A DNA stretch of 64,000 nucleotides, taken from assembly GCF_009914755.1 (NCBI RefSeq), contig NC_060930.1; one strand, given 5' to 3'. The stretch is from the human T2T-CHM13v2.0 reference genome, Homo sapiens. The stretch's first letter is position 1, and each line of letters opens with the position of its first letter. The position numbers were made by a program, and so were the translations under genes. Below the pieces are notes generated by a model. That model searched no databases. It saw nothing but the letters and a program-made list of their open reading frames with translations, and was not told the DNA's origin. Of this stretch, positions 60,850-64,000 are shown in pieces.

Positions 60850-62016
60850 TCAGTAAAAGAAAGCAAACGATTAACTTTTACAAAAGTAGATAAAACATAA
60901 ACTTAGTGACCTCAGAAAAGAAAGTTAGTAAGAAATCTTTAAATAAATTATGATTAATTTCAATTTCTTTCTCTAACATCATAGTTTCCATTAGGCAATC
61001 CAGGAAACATTTCAGACATACTAGAAAATTAGAAAAACAAGTACGGTCACAAATTTTTTTTTTAAAATCACGAACATACGAGTAATATAGTTAAAATACC
61101 TATTATGCAATATTGAAGTTTCAAACACTGAGATTAAAAAGACTGTTTTAAAGGGATACTAAAATGCCTTATCAAACATAATCTTCTGAACAAAGGACTG
61201 AAAAATGCTAGCTTTTGACTAAGATTCCAATTTAACAGAGACTCGTTGAGCATTCACTTGATCTGTTATATGTTAAATTAGATGATAAGGATACAAAATG
61301 AGTAAGTGATCTCTGTTCAACAGAGCTTATTAAAATAGTAGAAAAGGACAGCACACAATTAACTACAACCCAATGTAATCAGTGCTATTACAGCAATTTG
61401 ACCTATGAAATAGTTGTTTTCACCCATTAATTTCACCCATCTATTTTGTTTTCATCTCTATACTCTTGTCAAGTCATACCCACCCTGATGGACAAACAGC
61501 ACCAATTTTAGGATGGCTAACTATGGACCAGTTATGCTGACTTGCCATTGTTATACAGGACCTGTTTTATCTCTGGCCACAGAGGCCAGCACTAGGATCT
61601 AAATAATAAATACTTATGGATCAATACTGTATTAGCCATTTAAATTCAAAGATATTTACATTTCTTTCACATACTATCTCCTCCAACTAATCAGGACTAC
61701 TTTATTATTATTTTTAAATCTTTTTATTAAATGTTTATTTCCTGAAAGCTTAAGAAAACATTTAAGAAAAAAATGGTAAAGACATTCCTTCAAAAAACTT
61801 CTGTAAAATCTCTCTAGAATTAGAATTCTGACATAGTCCTATGTGAATTTTTAAACTGATCTTCAAAAATGTCAGTGAAAATAAAATTCAGAGGCATCCA
61901 TTTTAAATTAATATATTTGAAATTTTTTTAATTAAAAAAACAAAATTTCTAAAAATTAAAGTAACCAAATCTATAATCTGAAAACAAATGTTAGCCATGC
62001 ACCACAGTGTCCTTAC

Positions 62017-62129
62017 TTTGTCTATTCTTAATGGAAGCTAATTCTTCTAGAACGGTCTGGTCTGTAGATCTGGCAAAGGCCTCTGCTGTGGCACAGTACC
62101 CATGGTGGACTAAATAAGATGAAACCATT
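62017..62129 (-). CDS. RANBP9: RANBP9 exon (LisH domain); gene continues beyond the window
   Basis: minus ttaag|aatgg ... caaa|gtaagg; [38 protein letters not shown]. Confidence 0.96.
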
Positions 62130-64000
62130 CTTAAAATAAAAAGAAGAAACATACATCTTTTAGTGAAGAGAATACATGCTTCATACTACAATTTATATAA
62201 ACAAAATCTATTCTGGTGTTATAAAAACGAACCTATTTCCTTGAAACAAGGCGTTAAGAACCTCACCTTTAAAGTAAGCTTTTGAAAAACATCATTTTGT
62301 TCTATTCATGTACTATTTTCGAAAAGATAACTGCAAATGCTATGTTGAGACTACTCTCCCTAAAATAAATATTACTTGAGAATCAAGGACATTAAATGAC
62401 CTTTTCTTTGATTCTTGGACTCTCATTACCCCCAGGTCCCTTCCTATCTTATTATTCAGCCCTACTAACCATAATTTCTATTTTGACTTTATCATATGAC
62501 TTATTCCAGTATTGCTGGCATTCTGTAAAATAACCAACTTTAAAATAAAAGATTAACTCTTAATGTTCCAGAGTTCAACCATCTTCTTTACACACCGGTT
62601 AAATGAAGTGGGATCACAAAGTATGTACAGAATACTAAGGTGAATCCAGAGAGACAATCTTCCAGAACATGTCTATAAGTGTACTACTAATTAAAGGAGG
62701 AATCAGCCTTCTAATCTAAATCAATTACTATGGTTTTACCCAAGAGATTTATCAAATATGGTTTACATGTAAGTGACACATTTCCAAGACAATAATCTTT
62801 TAAAAACGTACCAGGTAGTCAAAACATATACTTACATCTACCCACAAGATGTGGTTAGAAAAACTGGTGATGCAACAATATTAACCCAAATATCTGTTAT
62901 CTCCAAACAGTCAATTTTTAAACTTGCCTCCACCTGACACTACTAAGGGCCAGTTAGAAAATCGTGGGAAGCAGTGGTTCACCACAGGAGGAGACTGAGG
63001 CAAAGAGCGGAGGGAGAAAAGGGAGGAAAATGTCTAAGAAACAGATCTGCATCTTATTTTACCCAATTGTTCAAATTAATTTAAGGGGGAGGGGACCTTT
63101 TAGAATGGACTTCTCAAGAGTTCATGGTGAACATCAAGTCAGTGAAGAAGTGGGTGGAAGGATCCTGGTTATAAGGTTAAGATAAATGTTTTCTACTATC
63201 TTGCCATGATACTCAGTGGTAACCATTTTCAGAGCATTAAAACAGTGTGGCCCCAGAACAACCCATTCTAGCTTCACTTCGTGGTGACTATAGGATTCTG
63301 CATCAGGGTTGTCTATTCTCAACTGGGCTGGACAAAAAAACTAGTGTCCAATCTCTGTAATACAGATGATAATAGCTCCAGGGACGAAGTGTGATTTCAG
63401 AGTCATCATCATGTCTCCCAATCACTTCCTTTTCTAAAAAATACCCCCAACATTTTATTACAATTTTAAAGTTAAGAATATTCAAAGCAATTATAAGGAC
63501 ATTAAAGATGAAATGTGTTGGACCAACTGTATCTGAAAGTCTGCTATTTTCTTGACCTGGATTATAATAGTGAAGAGGACTTTTTAAATTTAATGGTATT
63601 TATTTAAATTTTAAGTCCATACTTAACTACTGCTGATAGTTCAGATATTAAGAGCTTGGACATAGCCAAGTTCATGACCAAAAACCACAGATCCTGATTA
63701 TAAGATCTAGATTATCTCTCAACTTTATCTTTTCCATTAACATTATTAAAAGTTAAATTGTATAACCTACAGAAATCATTAAATCCTATTACTAAGAATA
63801 GCAAATGAATTAACCTAGCCTAGGTGACCTAACATCATTTTATTTCCTTCATCAAATTAATTCAGACTGAAATACAATTCTGTACGTGTGTCAAACAATT
63901 GTTTTTAATTTGTTTAAATAGTGGAGTAAATTACTTTTCGTTGAGAGATTAAAATCAATAATATAATAGATATGTCAGTATATAAATTAGTGGATTAAAA

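Overview
Primate (almost certainly human, 6p23) genomic DNA with three spliced protein-coding genes, reconstructed exon by exon from splice sites and reading frame. (1) SIRT5 (+): 8 coding exons from 3668 to 31422 give 933 nt = 310 aa; an alternative last exon at 24036-24078 gives 299 aa. (2) NOL7 (+): CpG-island promoter near 34.1-35.6 kb and 8 exons from 34916 to 40384 giving 774 nt = 257 aa. (3) The last 8 coding exons of RANBP9 (-), 62129 down to 41920, convergent with NOL7. Introns carry about 29 Alus, L1/L2/MIR, DNA-transposon fossils, LTR-like pieces and simple repeats; most ORF-track entries are repeat-derived or chance ORFs. Repeat boundaries and subfamily names were judged by eye and are approximate. 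I see no new gene system. The most unusual structure is a 166-bp inverted duplication of an L1 5' insertion junction in a SIRT5 intron. Other candidates: a weak/strong Kozak ATG pair in SIRT5, a possible NOL7 exon antisense inside a RANBP9 coding exon, a possible RANBP9 poison exon, a young AluYb8 and a chimeric Alu.
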